Part shown: positions 49,033 to 59,009 of the stretch, in pieces
Layout of the letters: the number at the start of each line of letters is the position of its first letter
Numbering within the stretch: the first letter of the stretch is position 1
Assembly: GCA_037189525.1 (NCBI GenBank)
Contig: JBBCJC010000002.1
Location: forward strand, 96,001-160,000
Reading direction: 5' to 3'
From: Gemmatimonadales bacterium
Lineage (GTDB): Bacteria; Gemmatimonadota; Gemmatimonadetes; Gemmatimonadales; GWC2-71-9
DNA length: 64,000 nt
Made by a program: the position numbers and the translations under genes
The notes under the pieces: model-generated
Told to the model about the DNA's origin: nothing
Database searches by the model: none
Seen by the model: the letters and a program-made list of their open reading frames with translations, nothing else

Positions 49033-50411
49033 TCCGCCAGGATATCGAGGCTGGCGCGGCGCTCCGGCGGCACCGCGCTGGGCTTCCCGAGCACGCGGCG
49101 TACGAAGTCGTCCCACCAGTCCACTTGCGGCTCCCGCTGCCGGTACTGCGCCAGCGCCTCCCAGGTGCGCAGATGAATCACGGCGGCGCGCTTGGCCGCT
49201 TCCGCACCGTCAACGCCTTCATGTTTGAGCCAGCGCCGGCCGATCTGCGTATGCAACACCTCGTCGGCCCAGTCGAAATCGTGAAAGTGGGCCGACAGTT
49301 CGTCGCCGGCCTCGATGGCGGTCCGATACTCGAATCGCTTCCCGGTGTCGCCGGGCATCAGCGACTGCTCGATGGCAAAGAGGAGGATCTGGCGTTCGAG
49401 CGGCGTGGCGTGACGATTGAGGCGCAGACCAAAGCCGACATTGAGCGGAATGCTGGTCCAGTCGATACCCTTGGCTTCGAACGCCACGGTCCCCATCATC
49501 GCGTGGCGCGCCTCGTCCCAGAGCTGACGAGCATACTCCAGGTGAAACTCCCAGGGAAGATCGGTCCGCTCGACCAGTACAGACGCCATCATCTCCGGCA
49601 CGTCCATTTCGAGCGTCCGCTTGGCGAGCAACGCGAGGTTGCGCTCATCGGCGGGCGCCGCGGGATCGTTATACACCGCGTGGGGCGGAAACTCGAAATT
49701 GTACTGTCCGGCAAACCGGGTATCCCGCACGGGAGTCTGGTCGGGCACGAACGGCGCCGTCGCACGAGCCGGAGGCAGAGTCCGCTCGGGCACCGGGTCG
49801 CTTCCCGACACCCACCCGGCAGCGGCGAGATACTCGCGCAGGTGGCGTCCCCACTCGGCCGCGCGCCCCGCATCGTCCGACGATCGCGCCGTCGTGATGG
49901 CAATGGCCTCTTCGCCCCAATGCAGCAGGTCTTCGAGTTCGAGCAGTGCATGGCGAACCACCCGGCGAGACGGATGATCCACCAGGAGATTGGCCTGACG
50001 AAGAAAGGCGCGATACTCCTCGACCAGCGCCCGGATCGTGACGTCGTAAATGCCCGTCAGGATCTCGATCGTGCCGGATGATCTTACCAGTTCGTCGACG
50101 AAGCGATCGAGCCGCTGGTCCGGCGTGGTATCGAGGGCCGGCACGGGATGGCGCATCTCTCCGATCCGCTGCCGGATCGCCTCGACGTGCTGGGCCGTGT
50201 ACCACTGCGCCAGCGCCAGAGCGCATTTGACTTCCCACTCGGGCGTACCTGCAAGGTGCGCAAGAGCAGTTCGCATCACCGCGCGTTCGAGCCATTGGAA
50301 CCGGAGCAAGCGCCGGACCGTGTCCTCGACCGAATAGCCGATTCGCGTCGCGTCCCGATAGCTGCCGAGTCCGGCCAGCTCCGGAATACCGATCGAGGGC
50401 GCGAACGACAT
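49029..50411 (-). CDS. two-domain ferritin-like (DUF455-like) putative diiron protein
   Basis: C-domain LEMDVPE..ARQLWDEARH..IEQ..DWADEVLH; N-domain related but degenerate (EWEVK..QWYTAQH). Confidence 0.7.
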   Translation of the reverse strand: MSFAPSIGIPELAGLGSYRDATRIGYSVEDTVRRLLRFQWLERAVMRTALAHLAGTPEWEVKCALALAQWYTAQHVEAIRQRIGEMRHPVPALDTTPDQRLDRFVDELVRSSGTIEILTGIYDVTIRALVEEYRAFLRQANLLVDHPSRRVVRHALLELEDLLHWGEEAIAITTARSSDDAGRAAEWGRHLREYLAAAGWVSGSDPVPERTLPPARATAPFVPDQTPVRDTRFAGQYNFEFPPHAVYNDPAAPADERNLALLAKRTLEMDVPEMMASVLVERTDLPWEFHLEYARQLWDEARHAMMGTVAFEAKGIDWTSIPLNVGFGLRLNRHATPLERQILLFAIEQSLMPGDTGKRFEYRTAIEAGDELSAHFHDFDWADEVLHTQIGRRWLKHEGVDGAEAAKRAAVIHLRTWEALAQYRQREPQVDWWDDFVRRVLGKPSAVPPERRASLDILAE

Positions 50412-50423
50412 GATATTAACCGG

Positions 50424-52391
50424 TCAGGTCGCGGGACCGAACTGCTGGGCGATCCACTCCATCCAGCGCTGGCGGACATCCCGCTGATGGACCGGATCGG
50501 GCGGGAAATGCCCGCCGGTCGGGTACGCGATGAACTGAACCGGCGTACCGTTGTCCTTGAGCGCATAGTACAGCTTGTACGACTGCGTCACCGTCACCCG
50601 CGGATCGCCGGTCGTCGACAGAATCAGCGTCGGCGTCTTGATCTTGTGGGCATAGGCCATTGGAGACTGGCGCCAGTAGTTGGCCGCGTTGTCGTTGAGC
50701 CAGGGGGACCCGCCCAGCCCGAAGCCCGACCAGGTGTTCATGTCGGCCAGCGTGTACCAGTCGAACCAGTCGGTCACCGCCGCGCCGGCAACGGCCGCCT
50801 TCCAAACCTGATAGTGCGCCGTCAGCCACGCAGTCATGTAGCCGCCATACGACCAGCCGGACACCGCCATCTTGGATTCATCGATCAGGCCGCGCTTCTT
50901 GAGCGCCTCGACCCCGGACATCACGTCCCGGCCCGGCCCCTCGCCCGCGTCGTTGATGACCGCGCCCTGGAACTTGTCGCCCTGGTTGTTGCTGCCACGA
51001 TAGTTCGGGCTGAAGACGATCCATCCTTGCGCAGCCAGCAGCTGATTGGGCGCCGACCATCCCTCGGCCGACGTTCCCATCGGGCCGCCGTGGATGTTGA
51101 GCACCAGCGGATACTTGCGACCGCTGGTGTAGCCGGGCGGATAGGTAATGACGCCGTTCTGGGTGAACCCGTCCGGTCCCTGCCAGGTGATCGTTTCGAT
51201 CCGCCCGGTCTCGAGCCCCGCGATCGCGCCGTTCAGATCGGTGATTCGCCGCGGCTTTTCCGTCAACGACGCGGCGTAGTAAATCTCGCTCGGCCGGTTG
51301 GGTTCGCGGCCGACAAAGGCCACCGCGCCCGACCGGCTCAGCGTCAGATCCGAGGCATCGAGGTTCCCCAGCTCCAGCTGACGAACCTTCCCATCGAGCG
51401 GCTGCACCCAGATCCGGTACCGTGTCAGATCGGGCCCGGTACCGACCACCGCCCGGCTGTCCGGCGTCCACTGGATGCCGCCGAAGTTCCGATCGAGCGC
51501 GGCGGTCACGTCCCGCGCCTCACCGCCCTCGAGCGGCGCGACCAGCACGCCCGACGTGCGGAATCCGATTTCCGGCCCCCGGCTGGCACTCCACGCCACC
51601 CACCGACCGTCCGGCGACACAGACCCGGCGACTCCGAATCCCTTTCGATCCGAAATGGTGCGCTCGGCCCCCGACCCTATGTCGCGAATGACCAACGTGC
51701 CGTTGATGGCCTCACCCGAGTGCGGCTTGGGCCAGACGCCCAGCACGACCCGACGCCCATCCGGGGTCCATGACACCGACGCGATGTGCCGCGTTCCCGA
51801 CGTGATCCGCGTCGGTGCACCGCCGTCGGCCGAGACGGTCCAGAGATGCGTGGGCAGCGTGGCCGCCTGATCGAGATAGCTGCTGTTGCCCACCTCGAAC
51901 GACTTGTTGTGCCGCTCCTCGCCGGTGCGCTCGGGCGCCTCATCCCGGGTCAGAATCGCGAACGACTGTCCGTCGGGCCGCCAGACGTAGCTGCCGACAC
52001 CCTGCTTGACCGAGGTGATCCGGCGGGCCTCTCCGCCGCCCAGGGGCAGCACATAGAGCTGGGTTTCTTTCCCTTCCTCCCGGTCGAGGAAAGCCAGCCG
52101 ATCGCCGCTCGGCGACCACTCGGCCGACCCGACGTTGCGGCGACCGGGGGCCAGTTCGCGCGAGGTGCCGGTGGCGGCATCGATCAGGACGAGGGACCGC
52201 TCGAACCGGTTGTCCGCATAGTTGGTCCGCGTCAGAACGGCGACCACCTGCCGGCCATCCGGCGAGAGCCGGACGCTCGAGACGCTCACCTCGCGACCGA
52301 GATCGTTGAGTTCGAACCGCCGCCCCTGCGCCGGCGTCTCGACGGTCCATGTCAGCAATAGAACTGCAAATGCTCCAGTTACGAAGCGCAT
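50424..52391 (-). CDS. secreted S9 family peptidase
   Basis: PD40 blades, IHGGP, PNYRGS, GWSYGG (Ser), DPRV (Asp), GGH (His); start MRFVTG with signal peptide. Confidence 0.93.
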   Translation of the reverse strand: MRFVTGAFAVLLLTWTVETPAQGRRFELNDLGREVSVSSVRLSPDGRQVVAVLTRTNYADNRFERSLVLIDAATGTSRELAPGRRNVGSAEWSPSGDRLAFLDREEGKETQLYVLPLGGGEARRITSVKQGVGSYVWRPDGQSFAILTRDEAPERTGEERHNKSFEVGNSSYLDQAATLPTHLWTVSADGGAPTRITSGTRHIASVSWTPDGRRVVLGVWPKPHSGEAINGTLVIRDIGSGAERTISDRKGFGVAGSVSPDGRWVAWSASRGPEIGFRTSGVLVAPLEGGEARDVTAALDRNFGGIQWTPDSRAVVGTGPDLTRYRIWVQPLDGKVRQLELGNLDASDLTLSRSGAVAFVGREPNRPSEIYYAASLTEKPRRITDLNGAIAGLETGRIETITWQGPDGFTQNGVITYPPGYTSGRKYPLVLNIHGGPMGTSAEGWSAPNQLLAAQGWIVFSPNYRGSNNQGDKFQGAVINDAGEGPGRDVMSGVEALKKRGLIDESKMAVSGWSYGGYMTAWLTAHYQVWKAAVAGAAVTDWFDWYTLADMNTWSGFGLGGSPWLNDNAANYWRQSPMAYAHKIKTPTLILSTTGDPRVTVTQSYKLYYALKDNGTPVQFIAYPTGGHFPPDPVHQRDVRQRWMEWIAQQFGPAT

Positions 52392-52496
52392 CGGGTGATC
52401 TCCCCAGAAGGATGGCAGTATCAGATTGCAATCTATCGTCATCCGGACACCGGCGGGGTTAATGACGCCGGACAACGAGGCCTGCCCCGGTCCCGC

Positions 52497-54539
52497 CTAT
52501 TCGTCCGTCGAACGACCCACCCGCCACAGCACAAAGGCATAATCGGTCGCGATTTCGCGCAGGCGATCGTACCGCCCCGACGCCCCCGAGTGCCCGGCAT
52601 CGAGATTGGTGAGCAGCACCGCCGGACGCCGATCGGTATCGAGCATGCGCAGCTTAGCGACGTACTTGGCCGGCTCCCAGTACATCACTTGGCTGTCGTT
52701 CAGGGAGCTCCGGATCAGAAGGGCGGGATACGAACCGGGACGCAGATTGGTATACGGGCAGTAGCTCCGGATCCAACGAAACTGTTCCTCGAGTTCCGGA
52801 TTGCCCCACTCCTCATACTCACCTACCGTGAGCGGGAGGGACGCATCGCGCATCGTATTGAGCACATCGACGAACGGCACCTGGAGAATGGCCGCGCCGG
52901 CCAGATCGGGACGCAGGTTGAGCACCGCCCCCATCAGCAGTCCGCCGGCGCTGCCGCCCTCGATCACCAGCTCCGCCGGCGTAGTCCGACCGGTGGCCGC
53001 GAGGTGATCCGCGCAGGCGATGAAATCGGTGAACGAGTTGCTCTTCTGACCCATCTTGCCGGCATCATGCCACGGTCGTCCCAACTCGCCGCCGCCACGC
53101 ACATGCGCCACCGCGAACGCGACACCCCGATCGAGTAGGCTGAGACGATTGGAGGTGAACGAGACCGGATAGGGAATGCCGTAGGCCCCATACCCCGTCA
53201 GATACGTCGGGGTCGGCCGCGGCGGGCCGGCCAACCGCACCAGCGAAATCGGGATCCGGACACCGTCCGATGCCACGGCAAAGAGGCGCTCGCTCACGTA
53301 CCGGGACGGGTCGTAGTCGCCCAGTACTTCCTTGCGCTTGAGCAACACGGACACGTGCGCCACCATATCGTACTCGTAGACCGACGACGAGGTCACGAAC
53401 GATTCGTAACGATAGCGGAACCGGGTCGCGTCCCACTCGAGATTGGTCGTCGAACTGACGTCGTACACCTCCTCGGCGAAATCGATGAGGCGTCCGACCG
53501 GGCTCTCGATCGGGCCGACTCGGATCCGCGGCAAGCCTTCGCTTCGCTCCCAGGCGACCCAATGGCCGGCATAGCACTCGAACCCTTCGAGCATCACGCC
53601 GAGATGCGCCGGCAGGAATTCGGTCCAGTTCGCCTCGTCGGGCGAAGCCACCGGCGCGGTAACGATCCGAAACGTCGGCGCTGTATCGTTGACGCGGATG
53701 AAGAAACGATCGCCGTGATGATCGATGTCGTACTCGCGGTCCTGCTGCCGAGGCGCAACGATACGCCAGGCGCCATCGGGTGCGGCCGCTTGGAGCACAC
53801 GCGCTTCGGTCGTGACGTGGCTTGCCGCGTACATCACCAGATACTGCCGGCTCCGGGTCCGGGTCACGAAGACCCGGAAGCGTTCATCCTCCTCTTCGTA
53901 CACCAGCCGCACCGGGGCGCCGTCGATGCCGGCCGCGTACATCCGGTACTCGCGCTTGGTGACGGGATCGTCCACCGTATAAAAGAACGACCGGCTGTCC
54001 GCCGCCCATGCGAAGGAACCGACCCGCTCGACGGGCACGATCCGGGCTTCGCCGGTCGTGAGGTCCTTGATGTGCAGGGTGTATTCGCGAAACCCTGTCG
54101 TATCGAGCGCGTAGGCAAGCAGCCGGGCATCGGGACTGACGGCATAGACGCCCAGGCCCATGAACGCGTGCCCTTGGGCCAGCGCATTCAGATCGAGCAG
54201 GACTTCCTCGGGCGCCTCCATACTGCCCTGCCGGCGGGCATAGATCGAATACTGCTGACCTTCGACCGTGCGCGAGTAGTACCAGTATTCTCCGTCGCGG
54301 TACGGCACGCTGAGATCCGTCTGCCTGATCCGCGCCAGCATCTCCTCATACAGCCTCGACTCCAACCCGGCCAGCGGCGCCAGTACCTCCTGGCCGTACG
54401 CATTCTCGGCCTCGAGATAGGCACGCACTTCGGGATCGTCCCGCCGGCGCATCCAGGCATAATCGTCGTGGAATGTCTCTCCGTGCATCGAGAAGGTGGT
54501 CGGCTCACACCGCGCCACCGGCGGTAATTGCGTCGTCAT
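52497..54539 (-). CDS. ptrB: oligopeptidase B (protease II)
   Basis: DDYAWMR, YLEAEN, GYGAYG, HVRGGGELG, GGSAGGLL, VPFVDV, EYEEWGNP, NDSQVMYWEPAK, AGHSGASGR. Confidence 0.93.
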   Translation of the reverse strand: MTTQLPPVARCEPTTFSMHGETFHDDYAWMRRRDDPEVRAYLEAENAYGQEVLAPLAGLESRLYEEMLARIRQTDLSVPYRDGEYWYYSRTVEGQQYSIYARRQGSMEAPEEVLLDLNALAQGHAFMGLGVYAVSPDARLLAYALDTTGFREYTLHIKDLTTGEARIVPVERVGSFAWAADSRSFFYTVDDPVTKREYRMYAAGIDGAPVRLVYEEEDERFRVFVTRTRSRQYLVMYAASHVTTEARVLQAAAPDGAWRIVAPRQQDREYDIDHHGDRFFIRVNDTAPTFRIVTAPVASPDEANWTEFLPAHLGVMLEGFECYAGHWVAWERSEGLPRIRVGPIESPVGRLIDFAEEVYDVSSTTNLEWDATRFRYRYESFVTSSSVYEYDMVAHVSVLLKRKEVLGDYDPSRYVSERLFAVASDGVRIPISLVRLAGPPRPTPTYLTGYGAYGIPYPVSFTSNRLSLLDRGVAFAVAHVRGGGELGRPWHDAGKMGQKSNSFTDFIACADHLAATGRTTPAELVIEGGSAGGLLMGAVLNLRPDLAGAAILQVPFVDVLNTMRDASLPLTVGEYEEWGNPELEEQFRWIRSYCPYTNLRPGSYPALLIRSSLNDSQVMYWEPAKYVAKLRMLDTDRRPAVLLTNLDAGHSGASGRYDRLREIATDYAFVLWRVGRSTDE

Positions 54540-54548
54540 GCAGAGACC

Positions 54549-55280
54549 TCAGATTTCGGCGTGGGGCCAGGCCTGCCGGATCAGATCCGGCAGCACCGTT
54601 CCCGCCGGACCGATCAGATGATGGATACTCGCCCCGCTGCGTTGACCGTCTGTCGCCGTGTTCACGACCACCACGACCGCGCCGGCCGCCGCTGCCAGCC
54701 AGGGGAGTGATGCCGCCGGTTCGACGACGTTCGAAGTGCCGACGGACAGGAACAGATCCGCCGACTCTGCCGCTCTCTGCGCACGGCGCAGCGCTTGCGC
54801 AGGCAGCATCTCGCCGAACCAGACGACATCCGGCCGGAGCCATCCGCCGCAGTCGGCGCACGACGGCACCCGGTCGGTATCCGCAAACTCCGTGACGTGT
54901 CGTCCGCAATCGAAGCATTTAATCCGGGCAATGTTGCCGTGCAGCTCGACCGGATCCCGGCTGCCGGCCCTGCGATGCAGTCCATCGACGTTCTGGGTGA
55001 TCAACGTGACATCCGGCGCCAGCCGTTCCAGCGCAGCGAGCGCACGGTGGCCCGGGTTCGGCTCCGCGTTGGCCACGGCCAGGCGGCGTGACCGATACCA
55101 GCTCCACACCAGGTCCGGATTCCGCCGAAACCCCTCGGGCGTCGCCAGTTCCTCCGGCGAATAGTCGGCCCACAGCCCCGTCAACGCGTCACGAAAGGTC
55201 GGGATGCCGCTTTCCGCCGAGATACCGGCGCCCGTCAGCACGGCAACGCGCTGCGCACGCCGGAGCACCTCAACGACCAA
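54549..55280 (-). CDS. cobB: NAD-dependent protein deacylase (class III sirtuin)
   Basis: LTGAGISAESGIPTFR, WYRSRR, TQNVDGLH, ELHG, two CxxC, RPDVVWFGE, VGTS; TTG start 55280 with GGAGG. Confidence 0.93.
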   Translation of the reverse strand: MVVEVLRRAQRVAVLTGAGISAESGIPTFRDALTGLWADYSPEELATPEGFRRNPDLVWSWYRSRRLAVANAEPNPGHRALAALERLAPDVTLITQNVDGLHRRAGSRDPVELHGNIARIKCFDCGRHVTEFADTDRVPSCADCGGWLRPDVVWFGEMLPAQALRRAQRAAESADLFLSVGTSNVVEPAASLPWLAAAAGAVVVVVNTATDGQRSGASIHHLIGPAGTVLPDLIRQAWPHAEI

Positions 55281-55857
55281 GTCTCGCCTCCAGCTTTGCC
55301 TTGGCTTCGGGCCACTCGGTGGCCAGGATGCTGTAGTAGACGGTATCCCGGTAGACGCCGTCCCACCGCAAACTGTGGTGACGAAGGACCCCTTCACGCA
55401 CCCCACCGATCCGCTCGATGGCCTGCTGGGACTGCTGATTTCGGCCATCTGTCTTGAACTGGATTCTGAGCGCCCCCAGATCCTCGATGGCATGGCGAAG
55501 CAGGAGATATTTGCACTCGGTGTTAATCGGCGTCCGCTGCGCGGCAAGGCTCAGCCAGGTCCAGCCGATTTCGAGCGCGCGATCGCCGTGGCGGATTTCC
55601 AGGAACCGGGTCGACCCGATGGCGCGATCGGCGCGGGCATCGATAATGGCAAAGGGGACTTCGCTCCTGTCCGCGGCGGCCCGCCAGGCCCGGTCGATGA
55701 TGGCAATCATCGCCTCGCGATCACGGGGACGAGGCGTCGGCATATAGCGCCAGATCAGATCATCGGCGCCGGCCTCGATCAGCTGGTCGGCATGGTCGTG
55801 GTCGAGCGGCTCGAGGCGAACATGCTCGCCGTAGAGCACCACGGGCGTCGGATTCAT
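55270..55857 (-). CDS. GNAT family N-acetyltransferase (RimJ/RimL-like)
   Basis: VRLEPL, IGSTRF, LEIGWTW, QRTPINTECKYLLL, KTDGRN..SQ.AIERIG, RDTVYYSIL..EWP. Confidence 0.9.
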   Translation of the reverse strand: MNPTPVVLYGEHVRLEPLDHDHADQLIEAGADDLIWRYMPTPRPRDREAMIAIIDRAWRAAADRSEVPFAIIDARADRAIGSTRFLEIRHGDRALEIGWTWLSLAAQRTPINTECKYLLLRHAIEDLGALRIQFKTDGRNQQSQQAIERIGGVREGVLRHHSLRWDGVYRDTVYYSILATEWPEAKAKLEARLGR

Positions 55858-55964
55858 CGATGGCTCGGTCGTCGGGAGTGAAGGCGGTGCAATCTATCAC
55901 GCCCCCCTCATCCGAAGTACAACAGGACTTGTCACCGATGCCCGGTCTGCCGACCCTTCACCCG

Positions 55965-57455
55965 ATGAGTACGGACCTGTTGTTCGAACGCGCGGCGCGG
56001 TTCGGCGCCCGGACCGCCATCGTGGACCCGACCGGCGCGTACAGCTACGACACGCTGGCGGCCCGCACCGATGCCGTGGCCGCCGGCTTGGTCGAACGCG
56101 GGGTCCGGCCGGGTGACCGGGTCGCCTATCTGATCGAGCCCGGCTTCGACCATGTCGCCGTCCAGTGGGGAGTCTGGCGGGCGGGCGCCATTGCCGTGCC
56201 GCTCGCGACCTCGCATCCCGAACGGGAACTGGCCCACGTCCTCGACGATGCGACGCCGTCGGCCGTCGTCGCCGGTAGAGGAGAGTATCTCGATCGGGTC
56301 GCCGGGTTGGCCGGAGAACGCCGCATCCCGGTCTCGACCCCAGGCGATCTCCAGCCCGACGACGTACCCACCTTGCCGCAGGTCCGCGCCGAACATCCGG
56401 CGTTGGTGATTTACACCAGCGGAACGACGGGTCGTCCGAAAGGTGTCGTCACTACGCACGCCAATCTGCGAGCCCAGATCACGACGCTGGTGGCCGCGTG
56501 GGAATGGCGGGACACCGATCGGAGCCTGCACGTCCTGCCGCTCCATCATATCCACGGCGTCATCAACGCCCTGTCCTCGGCGCTGTGGTGCGGAGCCGCC
56601 GTCGAGTTCCTCACGCCCTTCGATGCGCTCCAGGCGTGGGCGCGGCTCGGTTCGGGCGAGATCACCTTCTTCACGGCGGTCCCGACCGTCTACGCTCGGC
56701 TGATCGGCGCCTGGGACGCGAGCGATCCGGCCCTCCGGCGATACTGGCGGCGCGGCCTCGACCGGGTTCGCGTGATGTGCTCCGGATCGGCGGCATTGCC
56801 GGTGTCGACCCTCGAGCATTGGGAGACCATGACGGGCCACCGCCTGCTCGAGCGCTACGGCATGACGGAAATCGGAATGGCGCTTGGCAACCCGCTCCAC
56901 GGCCAGCGACGCGCCGGCACCGTGGGAGTTCCGTTTCCCGATGTGGCGCTCCGCCTGGTCGACGAAACGGGCCAGGTCGTGCCGGACGGCGTGGTGGGAG
57001 AAATCGAAGTCCAGAGCGCGCAAGTGTTCCGCGAATACTGGCAGCGCCCCGAAGAAACGGCCAAGGCGTTCCGCAACGACTGGTTCATTACCGGCGACGT
57101 GGGCATCCGCGAAGACGGCTACTATCGCCTGCTGGGCAGACGCAGCGTCGATATCATCAAATCAGCCGGCTACAAACTCTCCGCGCTCGAAATCGAGGAG
57201 GCCATCCGGGAACACCCGGAGGTGGCCGACTGCGCCGTGGTCGGGCTGGAGGATGCGGACCTGGGCGAAAAAGTAGCGGCGCTGATCGTCTGTCGCGGCT
57301 CCGCATCGGTCGAACCCGATCCGTTCCGCGCCTGGCTCAAGACCCGCATGGCGGCCTACAAGGTCCCCCGGATCATCGCCTTTGCCAACGAGTTGCCGCG
57401 CAACGCGATGGGCAAGGTGACCAAGACCGCGGTACGCGACGCGCTCCGAAGCTAG
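55965..57455 (+). CDS. acyl-CoA synthetase, malonyl-CoA synthetase (MatB/ACSF3)-like
   Basis: YTSGTTGRPKG, LPLHHIHG, LLERYGMTE, WFITGD, GYKLSALEIE, LPRNAMGKV. Confidence 0.88.
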   Translation: MSTDLLFERAARFGARTAIVDPTGAYSYDTLAARTDAVAAGLVERGVRPGDRVAYLIEPGFDHVAVQWGVWRAGAIAVPLATSHPERELAHVLDDATPSAVVAGRGEYLDRVAGLAGERRIPVSTPGDLQPDDVPTLPQVRAEHPALVIYTSGTTGRPKGVVTTHANLRAQITTLVAAWEWRDTDRSLHVLPLHHIHGVINALSSALWCGAAVEFLTPFDALQAWARLGSGEITFFTAVPTVYARLIGAWDASDPALRRYWRRGLDRVRVMCSGSAALPVSTLEHWETMTGHRLLERYGMTEIGMALGNPLHGQRRAGTVGVPFPDVALRLVDETGQVVPDGVVGEIEVQSAQVFREYWQRPEETAKAFRNDWFITGDVGIREDGYYRLLGRRSVDIIKSAGYKLSALEIEEAIREHPEVADCAVVGLEDADLGEKVAALIVCRGSASVEPDPFRAWLKTRMAAYKVPRIIAFANELPRNAMGKVTKTAVRDALRS

Positions 57456-57985
57456 CGAGGTTCGGCCGGCGCCTCTTGGATCCTGGCGGTGCGCGCGCGA
57501 CGGAACAGGATGGCAATACCCGCCAGACACGACACCGTCATCAGCATGAACGCCACCATGCGAATGGTACGGGCAATCGCCTGATCACTGCCGAGCAGGT
57601 CGAATTCCGCCAGCAGATAGGTCCAATCGTGCTCCCCGCCGCCGACCAGCGGCAGTTCCTGCGCACGGGCATCCGCGACGTACCGCGCAATGTTCCAACC
57701 GTTCTGGCCGAGCCACCAGATCGACACGGTGACGGCGTGCCAATCGCGCTGCCGGGCAAAGTACACTGCAAAGACGAGCGGAAAGATCAGCTGCAGCAAG
57801 GTCCCGCCGAACGCGGCCAGGCGCTCTCCACCCCACCCGAAGAGGAGGTGGCCCGTCTCGTGGATTGCGAGGTCGACATCGTCGAGCCAGGTGTAACTGT
57901 CTGGGCTCCGCATGATCCAGAGCCCGAAGATGAACAGCAGAATCGTGACCCCGACCCGCAGGGCCTCTTCGTTCCGACTCGACAT
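57452..57985 (-). CDS. membrane protein with HExxH motif (M50-like)
   Basis: IHETGH, GGTLLQL, YVADARAQELPL, HDW; hydrophobic segments. Confidence 0.72.
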   Translation of the reverse strand: MSSRNEEALRVGVTILLFIFGLWIMRSPDSYTWLDDVDLAIHETGHLLFGWGGERLAAFGGTLLQLIFPLVFAVYFARQRDWHAVTVSIWWLGQNGWNIARYVADARAQELPLVGGGEHDWTYLLAEFDLLGSDQAIARTIRMVAFMLMTVSCLAGIAILFRRARTARIQEAPAEPR

Positions 57986-58075
57986 CGCGGTCTCGGATAG
58001 CGGAAACCAGCAATTTACCAGGACGGCGGCTCACCCTCGCGCATCCCGACGCCAGGTACCTACTTTTCCCGACCC

Positions 58076-58915
58076 ATGCGCATTCCCTCTCGACGCCGGA
58101 CCTTCTGGCGGGTACTCGCTTTCGGCTTCGTCTGCTCCCTCGTCGGATTCGGCTCGATCATCCTGACGCGGCGGCCATCCAACCGGCGCCCGTGGATTGC
58201 CGATCATGCCCGCGCACCGGAGGTCGTCTTCTCCGATTCGCTGGTCCGGATTGCCAACCTGCGCAATTTTCATCCGGTCGGGGTCGACTCGTTCATCCCG
58301 GCCTATGAGACGCGCACCTACGACCTCCGGCGCCTCAATTCGGCATGGTTCGTCCTGGCGCCGTTTTCCAAAGCGTGGCGCGGGCCGGCGCACGGGTTCG
58401 TCAGCTTCGGGTTCGACGACTCCACCTATGTGACGATTTCCGTCGAAGCCAGGCGCGAAGTGGGCGAGACGTACGGCGTCCTGGCCGGACTGGGGCGCAA
58501 CTTCGAACTGATTTATGTGGTGGGAGACGAACGGGACGTGATCGGCCGGCGCGCGGCATTCGGCGACGTGGACGTCTATCTGTATCCGATCCGGACCACC
58601 CCGGAGCGGGCGCGGGCCGTCTTCGTCGACATGCTCCGGCGCGCCGATGCACTGAGCGCAACGCCCGAATTCTATCATACGGTGCGCAACAACTGCATGT
58701 CGAATCTGGTGGCCAGCGTCAACCGGGTGGTCCCGAATCGGATCGACGCCGGGCTCCGTCTCCTCCTGCCCGGCTACGCCGACGAGATCGCCCGCTCACT
58801 GGGTTTGCTGGAGGAGGGCGTGCCGATCGACCAGATCCGCACCCGCTATCGTATCAATGAGGCCGCCGCTCGCTACCTCGACAGCGCGGACTTCTCTCGG
58901 CGGATTCGTTCGTGA
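58076..58915 (+). CDS. DUF4105 (Lnb N-terminal-like) domain protein
   Basis: N-terminal TM; AHGFVSFGF, ISVEARRE, FELIYVVGDERD, YHTVRNNC. Confidence 0.82.
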   Translation: MRIPSRRRTFWRVLAFGFVCSLVGFGSIILTRRPSNRRPWIADHARAPEVVFSDSLVRIANLRNFHPVGVDSFIPAYETRTYDLRRLNSAWFVLAPFSKAWRGPAHGFVSFGFDDSTYVTISVEARREVGETYGVLAGLGRNFELIYVVGDERDVIGRRAAFGDVDVYLYPIRTTPERARAVFVDMLRRADALSATPEFYHTVRNNCMSNLVASVNRVVPNRIDAGLRLLLPGYADEIARSLGLLEEGVPIDQIRTRYRINEAAARYLDSADFSRRIRS

Positions 58916-59009
58916 GCATTTTTGTCCCCCCTTCCGCATTCCACGAATCGGGCGCATAATAGGTCCGTCGAACCTCCCCACACCTAACGGACTTCGGACC
59001 CACGCGCCC

